Below are positions 9,118-19,250 of a stretch of DNA of 64,000 bases, piece after piece. Both the position numbers and the translations under genes were made by a program. The notes below the pieces were generated by a model that did no database searches, was not told the DNA's origin, and saw nothing but the letters and a program-made list of their open reading frames with translations. Source of the DNA: Escherichia coli (GTDB taxonomy: Bacteria > Pseudomonadota > Gammaproteobacteria > Enterobacterales > Enterobacteriaceae). The stretch lies in the NCBI RefSeq assembly GCF_003790525.1, contig NZ_CP033633.1. One strand, given 5' to 3'. Positions within the stretch are counted from its first letter, which is position 1. The number at the start of each line of letters is the position of its first letter.

Positions 9118-10402
9118 AATATTTACCTGTAAATTGATAGTGGAAACGACCGTTCTCCAGTTGTCGTGTGACAGAGATAAAACGGACAGAAGGCGCCTTC
9201 AGACGTTCAACCAGCTGGTATGCCGGGAGTAGCGTCTGTATCTGAAGGTCATACTCTTTCCACGGAGGCTGGATAATATTTCCGTTTTCATCGGTGACGC
9301 TGTTACTGACCTCCTGCCAGTCCAGCGTCAGTGGCATTGACTGAGCAAGCGTGGTCAGTTGTTCTTGCAGGACAGAGCTTTCCGGCAGAGCATCAACGTC
9401 GACGGGATGTTCAGGCAGGCGGAAGCTGACTGGCAGGCCAATGCCGCCGGTCTTTCCTTCCGGCATCACAATAAAGGGGCGGGTACCCGTCATATCACTG
9501 ATGCGCCGGATGAAGTCAGTCACTGTCGCGCCAGCTGTATTAGTGTACGAGGCGCGAAGATTGCCGCTGCCGCCGTCAGTTGAACATTCAGCCAGCGAAT
9601 AACGCCATCCGGAGGCAGACAGTGGCAGTGACGTCCATATGTCAGCACATCCCTGGATAAAGGCGTCGGTTTCGGGGAGTCCGGGCCAGGGGGGACTGAT
9701 TTGTTCCTCTGTGACCTGTCGGGCAGCTGCTGCCTGCGCGGCTTGTTCAGTCTTCCACCGTTCATAATACTGCCAGCCGTACCATGCAGCGCCGAGAAGG
9801 GCGATGATCAGCGAGACAGTGATGAACTGCGCTCCCCGGGATACCGGATTCAGGCGCGCGGCAGCCGGATGTTTACCAGAGCCGGTCAGGGTGGACAGCG
9901 GCAGGGCCTGATTCTGATCGCCTGCTGAAAATGCCACCGGTTCATAGCGTGTCCAGCCCTGCTCCGGTTCGGTGTTGATGGAAAGAAAGGTATCCCGGGC
10001 TTCACGGACCTCTTCTCCGCTTCCCACCAGGTCACTGACGAGAACACCGTCGACAGCGGAAACAAAGCTGTAGCGCGGTGTTTCTCCGGGTAACGTCAGT
10101 TCCGTGATGGCATAGCCGCCATGTTCAAGCAGTGGCAGGATCAGCAGGGCGAGGGAGAAGCACTGACGGGGTTTTCCGGGCAGTATGCGGCGACTGACAG
10201 TGGCTACCATGGTGTGGGTATCGGCATCTTCATTACTGAGATACTGACAGGCCAGGAAAAGGTCGGCTTTCTGTGCCCGGGCAAAGTCGCGGGCATGCCG
10301 GTACTGTGAGGGCAGTGTTTTCCATTCCAGCCCGGCCAGAAACACATTGCGCCCTGCCGGCAGCGGAAACACCTGCCGCTCTGTCGGTGAAATATCCGTC
10401 AC
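9107..10402 (-). CDS. pilO: PilO, pilus assembly protein
   Basis: 431 aa; internal TM segment FITVSLIIALLGAAWYGW; operon position between pilN and pilP. Confidence 0.65.
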   Translation of the reverse strand: MTDISPTERQVFPLPAGRNVFLAGLEWKTLPSQYRHARDFARAQKADLFLACQYLSNEDADTHTMVATVSRRILPGKPRQCFSLALLILPLLEHGGYAITELTLPGETPRYSFVSAVDGVLVSDLVGSGEEVREARDTFLSINTEPEQGWTRYEPVAFSAGDQNQALPLSTLTGSGKHPAAARLNPVSRGAQFITVSLIIALLGAAWYGWQYYERWKTEQAAQAAAARQVTEEQISPPWPGLPETDAFIQGCADIWTSLPLSASGWRYSLAECSTDGGSGNLRASYTNTAGATVTDFIRRISDMTGTRPFIVMPEGKTGGIGLPVSFRLPEHPVDVDALPESSVLQEQLTTLAQSMPLTLDWQEVSNSVTDENGNIIQPPWKEYDLQIQTLLPAYQLVERLKAPSVRFISVTRQLENGRFHYQFTGKYYAR

Positions 10403-10422
10403 GATCGTCCTCCTTGTGAAAA

Positions 10423-12042
10423 TCAGATGATATTGGGCGTGATCAGCACCACGAGAATGGTGTCGTCGTTTTCACTGTTGATCCCACCGCCAAGACCGAA
10501 GAATCCCGGCGTGCCTACACCCTGTTTTCCGCTGCGACGTCCTGACTGCTGGAAGCCACTGATAATGACCGTCTGCCCGGATTTCAGATCCACGGTCTGA
10601 TTGATGGTTTTCAGATCCACATTCGGCAGCTGGGCTTTACTTCCACCGCTCTCATAATTCTCAATAACCGGTTTGTCGGAGAGACTCATGGAATAGAGCA
10701 ACTGCAGTGTCTGTGAGTCCGGGAGAATGAACGGCAGAAGGGTCATGTTAAAACCGGTGGTGATGGTGGCCGCATTCAGGGAGGTGGATGAGCCGACATT
10801 GGCAGTGGTATCCGTCGTCACACTCTCGATGTAACTCTGCTGATTGGCGATCTGCATTGGCACCGGCGTCAGGTTTTTGGTGACGGCAGAGTGCTGGGTC
10901 ACCACACTGACAACCCCCTGGGAAGACAATGCTTTCAGGAAGGCTTTTGAACCGGTGAGTTTACCGTCCACAATGGAAACACCACCTGTGATGGCATCAC
11001 TGGCTGCACTGGTGAATGTGCTGCCGAGACTCAGTCCCAGCGTTCTGTCGCTGAAGACTGCGTTCCAGTCGATACCGGCCTGCTCATTGCGGGTTTTCCG
11101 GATACTCAGAATTTCCACATTCAGCACCACCTGACGTTTCATCTCTTCATTGCGTTTTTCAATGAATGCCCGGACCGTTTCCAGAACCTGTGGATTATCT
11201 GTGACGGTTATAAAGCCCGTGGACATGAACATGCGTCCGATACCCGGGGTCAGCATTGATGTGACCGCATTTTTCACATCCTGATACAGCGCAGACTTCA
11301 TATCCACGGTGGTGGTCTGGGTATTGCTGGCATCACCGGAAATGGCATCTGATGCACTGCCTCCTGATGAGCCGTTTGAGGACATGGTGCCGCTGACCAC
11401 AGTGGCGTTATAGGTCACCTGACTGTCCATATAGGTGATGGGGAAGGTCTGTGTCTCGAGATAATAGAAGATGATATGCGAGCCGTCATAGCGCCAGGAT
11501 ATACCGAGACGGGAGGAGACCGCATTCAGCAGGGTCGTCAGGCCGGAGGCATTCAGTTCAGACAGTGCTGCGGTATTTCCCGGCAGACGGGATGATGGCG
11601 TGTCAGATGCGCCAATGGCGGCAAGGGGAACCATGCCGCTTGCATCCGGTGGGGGTAACGCGCCCTGGATTTGTTGTGTGCTGCCGGTTGTGGATGTATT
11701 CAGGTATGTCAGTACATCAGGTGTGATCCGTACAGGAATATGGCAGCTTTCCGTGATCCGCTGAACCACCTGCTGAAGGGTGATGCTCTGACGGGTATGA
11801 ATGACAATGGGACAACCGGGAACGGTTTTGCCGGTGTTTTTATCCATGACCGGACGGGGATTGATCCATTGTCGAGAGGATTCCTTAACAACCGGCGTCC
11901 GGGTTCGCAGATCAGACATCATTTCCCGTGCCCGTTGTTGTTCCGCAACGGCTTCCTTTCTTGTGCTCTCAAGCTGTCTGTAACTGGCACAGCCCTGTAA
12001 CAGAGCGGCGGCAATCATAATGGCAAGAATTTTTTTATTCAT
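10423..12042 (-). CDS. pilN: PilN, secretin lipoprotein (outer-membrane channel)
   Basis: 539 aa; lipoprotein signal MNKKILAIMIAAALLQGCAS; secretin-like C-terminal domain ending VLITPNII. Confidence 0.8.
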   Translation of the reverse strand: MNKKILAIMIAAALLQGCASYRQLESTRKEAVAEQQRAREMMSDLRTRTPVVKESSRQWINPRPVMDKNTGKTVPGCPIVIHTRQSITLQQVVQRITESCHIPVRITPDVLTYLNTSTTGSTQQIQGALPPPDASGMVPLAAIGASDTPSSRLPGNTAALSELNASGLTTLLNAVSSRLGISWRYDGSHIIFYYLETQTFPITYMDSQVTYNATVVSGTMSSNGSSGGSASDAISGDASNTQTTTVDMKSALYQDVKNAVTSMLTPGIGRMFMSTGFITVTDNPQVLETVRAFIEKRNEEMKRQVVLNVEILSIRKTRNEQAGIDWNAVFSDRTLGLSLGSTFTSAASDAITGGVSIVDGKLTGSKAFLKALSSQGVVSVVTQHSAVTKNLTPVPMQIANQQSYIESVTTDTTANVGSSTSLNAATITTGFNMTLLPFILPDSQTLQLLYSMSLSDKPVIENYESGGSKAQLPNVDLKTINQTVDLKSGQTVIISGFQQSGRRSGKQGVGTPGFFGLGGGINSENDDTILVVLITPNII

Positions 12043-12072
12043 GGGAGATCCGTGAGTTATTCAGATTCGTGA

Positions 12073-12510
12073 CTAATTCATCCAGAGGATGACGTGATCG
12101 GGGATCACCGACGGAAGTGTGACGGAAAGCGCTCTGCCGGCGGTGTCCAGCAGCCGGCCGTTTTCCACCCTGCCGAGGAGGGCAGAGTCATGACTCTGTT
12201 CCCTGAGGGCGGCCATCAGGCCCGGGGTTTCTGTGGCCCAGACAAAAACACGTTGCTGGCTGATGATATGACTGACGGTATCCGTCCCGGGAAGCCCGAG
12301 CTGAGCGGATGTCAGCCGCCCTCCGGCTGTCCGTCGTTCCGGATTCTGATGCAGGTAATCATTGATGGCGTTCATATAACGAATGAACGTTGCTGCCTGT
12401 TGTGTGTTTTCTGCGGCCTGATGACGGTGTTCGCTGCGGGAGAGCTGACTGGTGAACCAGAAATTGCCGGTGGTCGTGATGACCATGATGAACACGATGA
12501 ACCAGCCCAT
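12073..12510 (-). CDS. pilM: PilM, inner-membrane pilus assembly protein
   Basis: 145 aa; N-terminal TM helix MGWFIVFIMVITTTG; operon position. Confidence 0.65.
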   Translation of the reverse strand: MGWFIVFIMVITTTGNFWFTSQLSRSEHRHQAAENTQQAATFIRYMNAINDYLHQNPERRTAGGRLTSAQLGLPGTDTVSHIISQQRVFVWATETPGLMAALREQSHDSALLGRVENGRLLDTAGRALSVTLPSVIPDHVILWMN

Positions 12511-12514
12511 AAGG

Positions 12515-13585
12515 TTATTCCTGTGGACGATCTGTCACCCGCAGCAGACATTGTGCTGTGCTGGTCCGGGCATACAGCGGTTTTTCCACCGGGGTGTAGA
12601 GTGCAAATAGCTGTTCCAGCGCCTGGCGGAAACTGCCGGTGAAAACCAGAGGAGCATCGATGCTGTAGTTGACAGGTGTTTCCCAGCGCAGTGTCCATGT
12701 GCCGTGCGGGCATTTTTCGGATGATGTCCAGCGGGCCAGTCCGTCTTTCAGGGTGGTCCCCTTTTCCATTTTCCACTGCCGTGGCGGTATGACCTTCTGC
12801 GGTGGTGTCACTACCGGTTTCGTGGCCACCGGGGCTGGCGTGGTTGTTCTGCTCTCTGGTGTTCCGGATGTCCCGGTGGTGGTCTGAGCCCGGGATACGC
12901 TGACGGCAGGTGGTACCTGTGCCTGGTCTGCCGCTGTTCCGGTTGTGCTCCTGAACGGATTACGTGGTGTGTCCGCTGTTTTCTGTGAACCCTGCGGTGT
13001 CGTGACGTCGACCGGCGGTGTTGCAGAGGTCGTGACAGTCAGTATTTTCCTGTTCCAGTCCATATGTCCGTAAAGCTGCTGGCCGGCCAGCAGCGCATTC
13101 AGTGCCCGGTGCCACTGGTCATTAACGGACCAGGAAGGGAGGCGTTTGTTCAGTGCCGGTGTGGCGGCATTCTGCTGGCGGAACTGCCAGCCGGTTGGCA
13201 GCAGCTGGCGTATCCAGTCACTGACGGTGCGCTGACGTGCTTCACGTAAATAAACGACGGATGAGGGACCGGGCTTACCGGTCATAACCAGTGCAGACAG
13301 CGGTGTGGCCTGAAGAAGCGGGCGGGGAGGCAGTGCGGTACTCTGGCTGCTGACAGTGGTTGAGGGTGTCGCCGTTGTTGTCGGACGGGGCGGTGTCACA
13401 GGGCGGGTCACCGGTGGCGGAAGCAGACGTTTTTGCGTATGGGTGATAATGGCAGCACTTTCGCGAATTTGTCCGTCGACGAACACCAGAGCCGGAGGCG
13501 TGGTATCCGGAACAGGCGTGGCATTAAATGCCGTACAGCCGCTGAGTAATGACGGCAGAAGGAGTGTCAGTGATTTCTTTTGCAT
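12515..13585 (-). CDS. pilL: PilL, pilus assembly lipoprotein
   Basis: 356 aa; lipobox LLSGCTAF; Pro/Thr-rich linker; first large gene of the pil operon. Confidence 0.7.
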   Translation of the reverse strand: MQKKSLTLLLPSLLSGCTAFNATPVPDTTPPALVFVDGQIRESAAIITHTQKRLLPPPVTRPVTPPRPTTTATPSTTVSSQSTALPPRPLLQATPLSALVMTGKPGPSSVVYLREARQRTVSDWIRQLLPTGWQFRQQNAATPALNKRLPSWSVNDQWHRALNALLAGQQLYGHMDWNRKILTVTTSATPPVDVTTPQGSQKTADTPRNPFRSTTGTAADQAQVPPAVSVSRAQTTTGTSGTPESRTTTPAPVATKPVVTPPQKVIPPRQWKMEKGTTLKDGLARWTSSEKCPHGTWTLRWETPVNYSIDAPLVFTGSFRQALEQLFALYTPVEKPLYARTSTAQCLLRVTDRPQE

Positions 13586-13706
13586 AGAATATAATCCGGT
13601 ATATTACGGGTTACGGTATAAGACAGGTGGCGGGTAACTGGCCTTCAGATGAATATCATTTCATCGGGTTATTGATGATGAACCTTAAAAATCACAGAGG
13701 TGATGC

Positions 13707-14102
13707 ATGATAAAGAAGATGTGGCGTTATTTACGGCAAATTGATAAGTATGAATTGCTGCAGCAGGTGATTTCAGTACATGAAGTGGAACTGCTCAGGA
13801 AAATGATGACAGATTCATTATTAGGGTGCTCAGTAGGATATGTGTTTTCGAAAATACTGAAGATATTCTTTCTGCGTTTTATTCAGTCTGAGGGGGGATG
13901 GGATATTATTACTTACTTTTTGTGGATGCTGGGAATACTTATTGTCATGGCCGCGCTGTTTATCTGGATGTGCGCCGCTGTATGCTATGAGCTTCGGATG
14001 TATAAAATAAAAACAGGAAGGGAGAACGATATATTATTCTGGGTGTGGATTCTTCTTTTTGATGTCGCGGTTGTATTTTCGCTGGGTAATGTTATCTGGT
14101 GA
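13707..14102 (+). CDS. hypothetical small membrane protein (AT-rich)
   Basis: 131 aa; at least two hydrophobic helices; plus strand, opposite to surrounding genes; abuts ORF 14103-14534. Confidence 0.4.
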   Translation: MIKKMWRYLRQIDKYELLQQVISVHEVELLRKMMTDSLLGCSVGYVFSKILKIFFLRFIQSEGGWDIITYFLWMLGILIVMAALFIWMCAAVCYELRMYKIKTGRENDILFWVWILLFDVAVVFSLGNVIW

Positions 14103-14534
14103 TTATGGGTTCAGTGACATATGGAAAAAGATAAGTGCGAACATTGATACTGAAGAATAATATATCCAGGAATAGAAAAACATGAATTTCGGAGATGGTT
14201 TCTTCTGTCTCCTGTTTTTCAGGGGAGTCTGTGGGTCAAATGTTATCAGCGTCATTAAAGGATACCCTTTCATAAGAATAAAAATATAGACGCATAAATG
14301 AGCGTAAAGAGGTAACCTGTCCTGCCAGAACAGAATCATCATGATGACGGCAAGATGAAATGTCGTTACATTGATATAATAAAACCAGCTGTATTTACGC
14401 AGATACTGTTGGATATTCACGCTGTCAGCATGCGGTTCTGGTGAACAATTTATGCAAAAACAGAAGAAAGAAATGATGATGAACACGGTCAGAGTGACCG
14501 GTAATACAGTCACAAGCAGAAAGAGTATGGACAT
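14103..14534 (-). CDS. hypothetical polytopic membrane protein (AT-rich)
   Basis: 143 aa; 3-4 hydrophobic helices; convergent with 13707-14102. Confidence 0.4.
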   Translation of the reverse strand: MSILFLLVTVLPVTLTVFIIISFFCFCINCSPEPHADSVNIQQYLRKYSWFYYINVTTFHLAVIMMILFWQDRLPLYAHLCVYIFILMKGYPLMTLITFDPQTPLKNRRQKKPSPKFMFFYSWIYYSSVSMFALIFFHMSLNP

Positions 14535-14606
14535 AAAAATATCTCCGTCAGGATAGTGTGATTATTCCTTTATGGTTCCATAACCCGGCGTAGCTCCGTC
14601 GACTGG

Positions 14607-14924
14607 TTATAATTTTATCCGGGACCTGGCTTTAAGGGGTAATGCCACCTCTTTCCATTCACTACAGCTTCCGGGAATACGTTCTGTGCGTCGTATTATT
14701 CGTGTGTTCTGGCATACAATAATCAGGGCATTGTCTGCCGTCTGAAATGGCATTATAGCGATGTTTATATCTTCTGTTGCAGGAATATAACTGACTTTCT
14801 TTTCACATGTATTGGTGTATATGACAACTCTGAATTTTTCTGCGGACATTTTCAATCCTCTTTTAAGCCAGAATATCCCGTGAGGGCATTCTTTGTGAAA
14901 AAGATGCCGGAAAAATTCCGGCAC
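14607..14924 (-). CDS. hypothetical small protein (start may be the internal ATG at 14849)
   Basis: ORF track 105 aa; internal MSAEKFRVVIYTNTCEKK... is a plausible start; directly downstream of the SPFH gene. Confidence 0.4.
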   Translation of the reverse strand: MPEFFRHLFHKECPHGIFWLKRGLKMSAEKFRVVIYTNTCEKKVSYIPATEDINIAIMPFQTADNALIIVCQNTRIIRRTERIPGSCSEWKEVALPLKARSRIKL

Positions 14925-14929
14925 GGGGA

Positions 14930-16624
14930 TTAAACCTGTTGTGGTTCTGAGTTATCCGGAGTGGTTACCGGTTCGCTGACATCCGGAACCTTTTCCGGGG
15001 CAGGCATGACCAGTGGACGTGTCAGGGCTGTAAGTCCTTCACCGGATAAACCCACCTCTTTCAGCAGGGAGTCGATGAGCGGAGCCTGTGTACGGTAAGC
15101 CAGAGCGGCGGTTACTGCCTGTTCAGCGAGATTTCCGCCACTTATGTCGGTTGTTGCTGTTTTACCGCGGGTAACACCGCCATTCAGACCATCCACCTGA
15201 ATGATTTTAATACCGTCAATGGATTTCATTGGTTCTGTGGACTTCTCTATGACGGCAGGTAATGCATCCAGCAGGGCAAGACGGAAGCGGAGGCTGGTCT
15301 GCTCATCCGAAAGCACGTTAATGGCATCGTTCAGTGCGCGCTGTGCTTCTGCTTCTGCCAGACCTTTCTGACGGGTGGCCTCCGCCAGTTCAATAATTGC
15401 TGCTGCCTGGAGTTCGGCTGCTTCTTTTTCAGCCTGTGCGCGAACCGTCAGTTCAACCGCTTTCGTTTCAGCTTCCTGAGCAGCAGCAATCAGGGCAACC
15501 TGTTTGGTACGGCCGGCCTCTGCAGTCTGGCGGGTGGTTTCCACATCCTGCTGGGCCTGTACGGCCTCAGCCAGTGCTTTACTTGCCCGGGCTTCTGCCT
15601 GTGACTGCTCTTCCGATTTTGCCGCCACGGCAATGGCTCTGGCCTGGCTGGCGATTTCGGTTGCCTGCTGTTGTTCAATTTCCCGTATGGCCACTTCCCG
15701 TTCGGCTTCGACCTGGCGGGTACGCACTATCTGCTGTCGTTCGATTTCGGCTTCCTCTATCTTACGTTCAGCCAGAATTCGCGCGGATTCTGCTTCACGA
15801 CGTCGTTCAGCTTCAATAGCAGCAATACTGGCACTCTGCTCTGCCGTACGGGTTTTTACCCGTTGTTGTTGCTCCAGAGTCATGAAGGCTTCCTGCTGTT
15901 CAATCTCCAGACGTCGGGAGAGTGCATCCCGGTTTTTTTCCCTGATGGCCACTTCAACATCCTGCTCAACTTCGTTGCGTTCGCGGCGACGACGTTCTGT
16001 TTCCTGGGTCAGAAGGGTCAGGCCTTCAGCATCAAAGGCATTGTCAGGATTAAAATGTACCCGTGCAGTCTGGTTGAAACTTGTCAGCGACACACTTTCA
16101 AGCTCCAGACCGTTTTTGGATAAGTCTTCCGCAACGGTGTTCTGCACACCCTGAACAAAGTTCTCGCGGGCATCCTGTAAATCCTGCATGCTCATTCTGG
16201 CCGCCGTGGCCCGTAGGGCATCAACAAATTTATCCTCGACCAGACTACGCAGATCTTCAGGTGTGAGCGTGCGTTGTCCCAGCGTCTGGGCTGCAGTGGA
16301 TATTCCTTCGGCTGATGGTTTTACCCGAAGAAAAAAGGCAACGGCAACATCAACACGCATGCGGTCGCGGGTTATGAGACTTTCAGCCGCTGCACGACTG
16401 ACTTCCAGCTTCAGGGTGTTCATGTTGACGGGAATTGTTTCGTGAAAAATGGGCATAACAATTGCACCGCCACTCATTACCACTTTTTGGCCTCCCAGAC
16501 CTGTGCGGACAAAGGCCTGCTCTGCCGATGCCCGGCGGTACAGGCGGGCAAATATCAGCCCGATAACGAACAGGGTGAGGACCAGCGCTATAACGGTAAA
16601 CAACCATCCCGGAAGATTAAACAT
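14930..16624 (-). CDS. SPFH/band-7 (flotillin-like, YqiK-like) membrane protein
   Basis: 564 aa; N-terminal TM helix, SPFH-like region, then long Glu/Ala/Arg/Gln-rich coiled-coil; size and layout match E. coli YqiK. Confidence 0.75.
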   Translation of the reverse strand: MFNLPGWLFTVIALVLTLFVIGLIFARLYRRASAEQAFVRTGLGGQKVVMSGGAIVMPIFHETIPVNMNTLKLEVSRAAAESLITRDRMRVDVAVAFFLRVKPSAEGISTAAQTLGQRTLTPEDLRSLVEDKFVDALRATAARMSMQDLQDARENFVQGVQNTVAEDLSKNGLELESVSLTSFNQTARVHFNPDNAFDAEGLTLLTQETERRRRERNEVEQDVEVAIREKNRDALSRRLEIEQQEAFMTLEQQQRVKTRTAEQSASIAAIEAERRREAESARILAERKIEEAEIERQQIVRTRQVEAEREVAIREIEQQQATEIASQARAIAVAAKSEEQSQAEARASKALAEAVQAQQDVETTRQTAEAGRTKQVALIAAAQEAETKAVELTVRAQAEKEAAELQAAAIIELAEATRQKGLAEAEAQRALNDAINVLSDEQTSLRFRLALLDALPAVIEKSTEPMKSIDGIKIIQVDGLNGGVTRGKTATTDISGGNLAEQAVTAALAYRTQAPLIDSLLKEVGLSGEGLTALTRPLVMPAPEKVPDVSEPVTTPDNSEPQQV

Positions 16625-16650
16625 AGTGAGAACCTCTGTATATGTCGGGA

Positions 16651-17271
16651 TTAAAGAACATCCGGCCAGGGATTCAGTTCGCCCAGCCAGCGGGAACCGG
16701 AAAGACGGCAGACAATAATCACTTTGTCTCCTCGTCTGAATTCTTTCCCGGCCTCCGGCTCCAGCAACAGGTAATGAACCTGCCCGAAGCGGTCTGTGAA
16801 GCGACCTTCACAGGGGGAACCCGCCACTGCGTGATAACCGGTGATGGTGGCCATACAGCCGATGAATGCCTCCTCGGTGAGCGCCGTTGTTTCATCACGG
16901 GGTAACCAGGGGGCAATCAGTCTGCCGGTGCGGTGTACGAGAGGACATGTCAGCAGCAGGCAAAGTGGTGTAAGGAGAATGTTCGGGGCAGGAGCCTGCA
17001 GCAGATGAATAATAAGACCCTGCAGGAGAATGCCGGATATACCAAAAAAACCTGCCAGCATACAGAGGACGATCAGCAGGGGGATCCGTCCGATGTTCAG
17101 CCAGTCCAGCGCCTCTCCTGTCAGCCCCTCCGGTAAATCAGGTGTATCCATAGCTGAAGAGAGGGAGTGTCCGCAGAGCAGGGCGATAAGTTCAGCGATA
17201 CCAGTAAGCAGAACAAAAGTCAGGGCTGCCAGATAGGGTGCGTTATACGCGGTAAGTAACGCCAGTGTCAT
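16651..17271 (-). CDS. NfeD-like (YqiJ-like) membrane protein, partner of the SPFH protein
   Basis: 206 aa; N-terminal hydrophobic helices and C-terminal soluble domain; immediately upstream of the SPFH gene as in yqiJ-yqiK. Confidence 0.7.
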   Translation of the reverse strand: MTLALLTAYNAPYLAALTFVLLTGIAELIALLCGHSLSSAMDTPDLPEGLTGEALDWLNIGRIPLLIVLCMLAGFFGISGILLQGLIIHLLQAPAPNILLTPLCLLLTCPLVHRTGRLIAPWLPRDETTALTEEAFIGCMATITGYHAVAGSPCEGRFTDRFGQVHYLLLEPEAGKEFRRGDKVIIVCRLSGSRWLGELNPWPDVL

Positions 17272-17537
17272 TTTTCCTCCTGTGGCAGGTCAGTCAAACA
17301 ACATTATGGCGTGAAGCTTCCGCTTCTTTAATTGTCAGAAGAAGCATATCGTCAGTCATCAGAAGACAAGGGGATGTCTGCAGGAGGGGATGATAACAAC
17401 AGAAGCCTCACGCCGGAATGCGCTTTATGACAACCGGAGAGGACGGATAATCAAAAATGGGACATCCACATCAGCAAACCGCGATTTGCGAAAAAAAGTC
17501 AGCGGAGAGTGGCTGCCGTTGTGGCTGTCCCGGTATT

Positions 17538-18203
17538 TCAGTGTAACAGGTGATTGCTGTGATCTATGCCCCATTCGGCTTTCGGTAAACCTGAATGCCC
17601 CACATGAAGAATGCGTGACAGCATGTTTCTGCCGCTGCCGTTCAGGCTGCATTCGCGTCCGTGCGCGAGTATAAAACCTTCATCCCGGAATATATCTTCC
17701 ACTTCTGAAGATTCGAGGGATGCCGGATGAATTAATGAAAATGCCACCGGTCTGAGCATTCTGCCCGTGGTGGAAAAGGTGTCTCTGGTACTGTTCAGCT
17801 GCAGGATATGACGTTTACCTGTTTGCGCACGGGAAAGTGTCTCACTCAGCAGCTGGTCGTTCCATGCGCACGTGCCAATCTGCCATCCCAGACTTCTGCA
17901 CGCGGAAAGAGCCGAGCGGAAGCGGTACAGGTCGTATAATGCTGCGTTATTGCCACTTTCCAGCAGTGATTTCAACGTATTTGCTACCGGTATGTCCGTA
18001 TTGGTGGCCAGCAGTTTTCGCAGAGTCGTAAACTCTTCTGCCATTCCTCTGAACTCGCGCATCTGACGGGCAGTGTCAAGCCAGTTCAGCAGGTAACGCC
18101 GGCGACGCCGTTCGTTGTTTATGTTGTCCGGGGCGGTGGAGAGTGCTTCGAGCATATTCTCCAGTAACAGAATGACAGGGTTTTCCTGGGATAGAATGGT
18201 CAT
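17538..18203 (-). CDS. hypothetical protein, positionally TraC-like (IncI transfer regulator)
   Basis: 221 aa; no motif recognised; sits between the NusG-like gene and the pil region. Confidence 0.35.
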   Translation of the reverse strand: MTILSQENPVILLLENMLEALSTAPDNINNERRRRRYLLNWLDTARQMREFRGMAEEFTTLRKLLATNTDIPVANTLKSLLESGNNAALYDLYRFRSALSACRSLGWQIGTCAWNDQLLSETLSRAQTGKRHILQLNSTRDTFSTTGRMLRPVAFSLIHPASLESSEVEDIFRDEGFILAHGRECSLNGSGRNMLSRILHVGHSGLPKAEWGIDHSNHLLH

Positions 18204-18343
18204 AAAGGCGTCCTGAAAAAATGCCCGACAGCCGCTCTCCGTACACCCTCAGGTGTCACCGGTGCCGGGCATTGTGGAAACAGAAGGGAAAAAAATCCCG
18301 GCCATAAAGGCCGGGAAAAGTCGTCAAATTAAGACAGCAATTT

Positions 18344-18985
18344 TCATGTCAACGCTCCGTCATCAGATACCAGGTGCAGGAGCAGGGCGATCCTCGACTC
18401 CGGCAGAGGCTGTGCATCAAGCCGGAGGAGGTACTGGTAACGCGCTTTTGTCAGCCAGAGGGTGGAGGCAGCATCCAGCTCCTCCCTGGCTGCCGGATTG
18501 AGCGCAGGATCCGGGTACACTTTCATTAAAGACTGAACGATATCCTCCCTGACGGTTTTGATTTCACCGGCCATTTTCACGAAGCCCAGAAAGGCACTGT
18601 GACGGCGCAGGTGAGTGAAAGCGTGGCGTTCGGGGTCTGCTTTCAGAAAGAAGTAACCGGGAAACACGGCGTGTATATGACGACGGTAACCACAGACTTT
18701 ATCCGTGCGGCGGACCTTTTTCAGTATCAGGGGTGTCCAGGGAAGGACGTGTTGTTCGGAAAGCCAGGAAAAGAGATGTTCGCGGTTTTTGCCGGCAGGG
18801 ATGTACTGTGCCAGATACCAGTTGCGTTGATGTAATTCACTGATATTCAAAATCCGGAACGCTCCGCGAAAATCGATCCCCGCAGGGGGGCTTCGATGTT
18901 GTTGTGAACGGCGAATACATAAAGCATGTGTCGGAAACAGCGGCTGACCCACGTTCAGCCCGGCCTGCAGTTCTGACAGGCACAT
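18344..18985 (-). CDS. NusG/RfaH-family (NGN domain) transcription antitermination-like protein, TraB-like
   Basis: NWYLAQYIPAGKNREHLFSWLSEQHVLPWTPLILKKV...VFPGYFFLKADPE parallels RfaH SWYLLYCKRGQ...LFPNYLFVEFDPE; ORF track start at 19051 is probably too far upstream. Confidence 0.5.
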   Translation of the reverse strand: MCLSELQAGLNVGQPLFPTHALCIRRSQQHRSPPAGIDFRGAFRILNISELHQRNWYLAQYIPAGKNREHLFSWLSEQHVLPWTPLILKKVRRTDKVCGYRRHIHAVFPGYFFLKADPERHAFTHLRRHSAFLGFVKMAGEIKTVREDIVQSLMKVYPDPALNPAAREELDAASTLWLTKARYQYLLRLDAQPLPESRIALLLHLVSDDGALT

Positions 18986-19124
18986 GCACTGTGCACTCTT
19001 GTTAGCCTTGTGGACGGTTTCGAGGCGGGCGAAAACCGACAACTCCTGCAAACAGGATTAATGGCTGGCAAATATATTACATAAGGATGTATCTGTGGCA
19101 ATAGTGAATATAAGTAGTTGAATA

Positions 19125-19250
19125 GATCGTTATATTTGATAAATAAGCGTATTATGCTGATTTGTGTGCAGTGTCTGGAGGATTAGATCGCTTAAAAATT
19201 TTAGGCGATCTCTTCTACTAAAAATGATGAAAAAAACAGCATAAAAGATC
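19125..19250. promoter_or_regulatory. AT-rich intergenic region with four GATC sites in similar context (candidate Dam-sensitive control region)
   Basis: GATC at 19125, 19186, 19207 and 19247, three of them as AGATCG(C)TT; lies between the NusG-like gene and the rep leader. Confidence 0.3.

Noticed and set aside
15397-16154. Plus-strand ORFs of 140-216 aa inside the SPFH gene
   Set aside because: Low-complexity Ser/Arg/Ala/Cys-rich translations of the opposite strand of a repetitive coiled-coil-encoding region; the flotillin frame explains the DNA.
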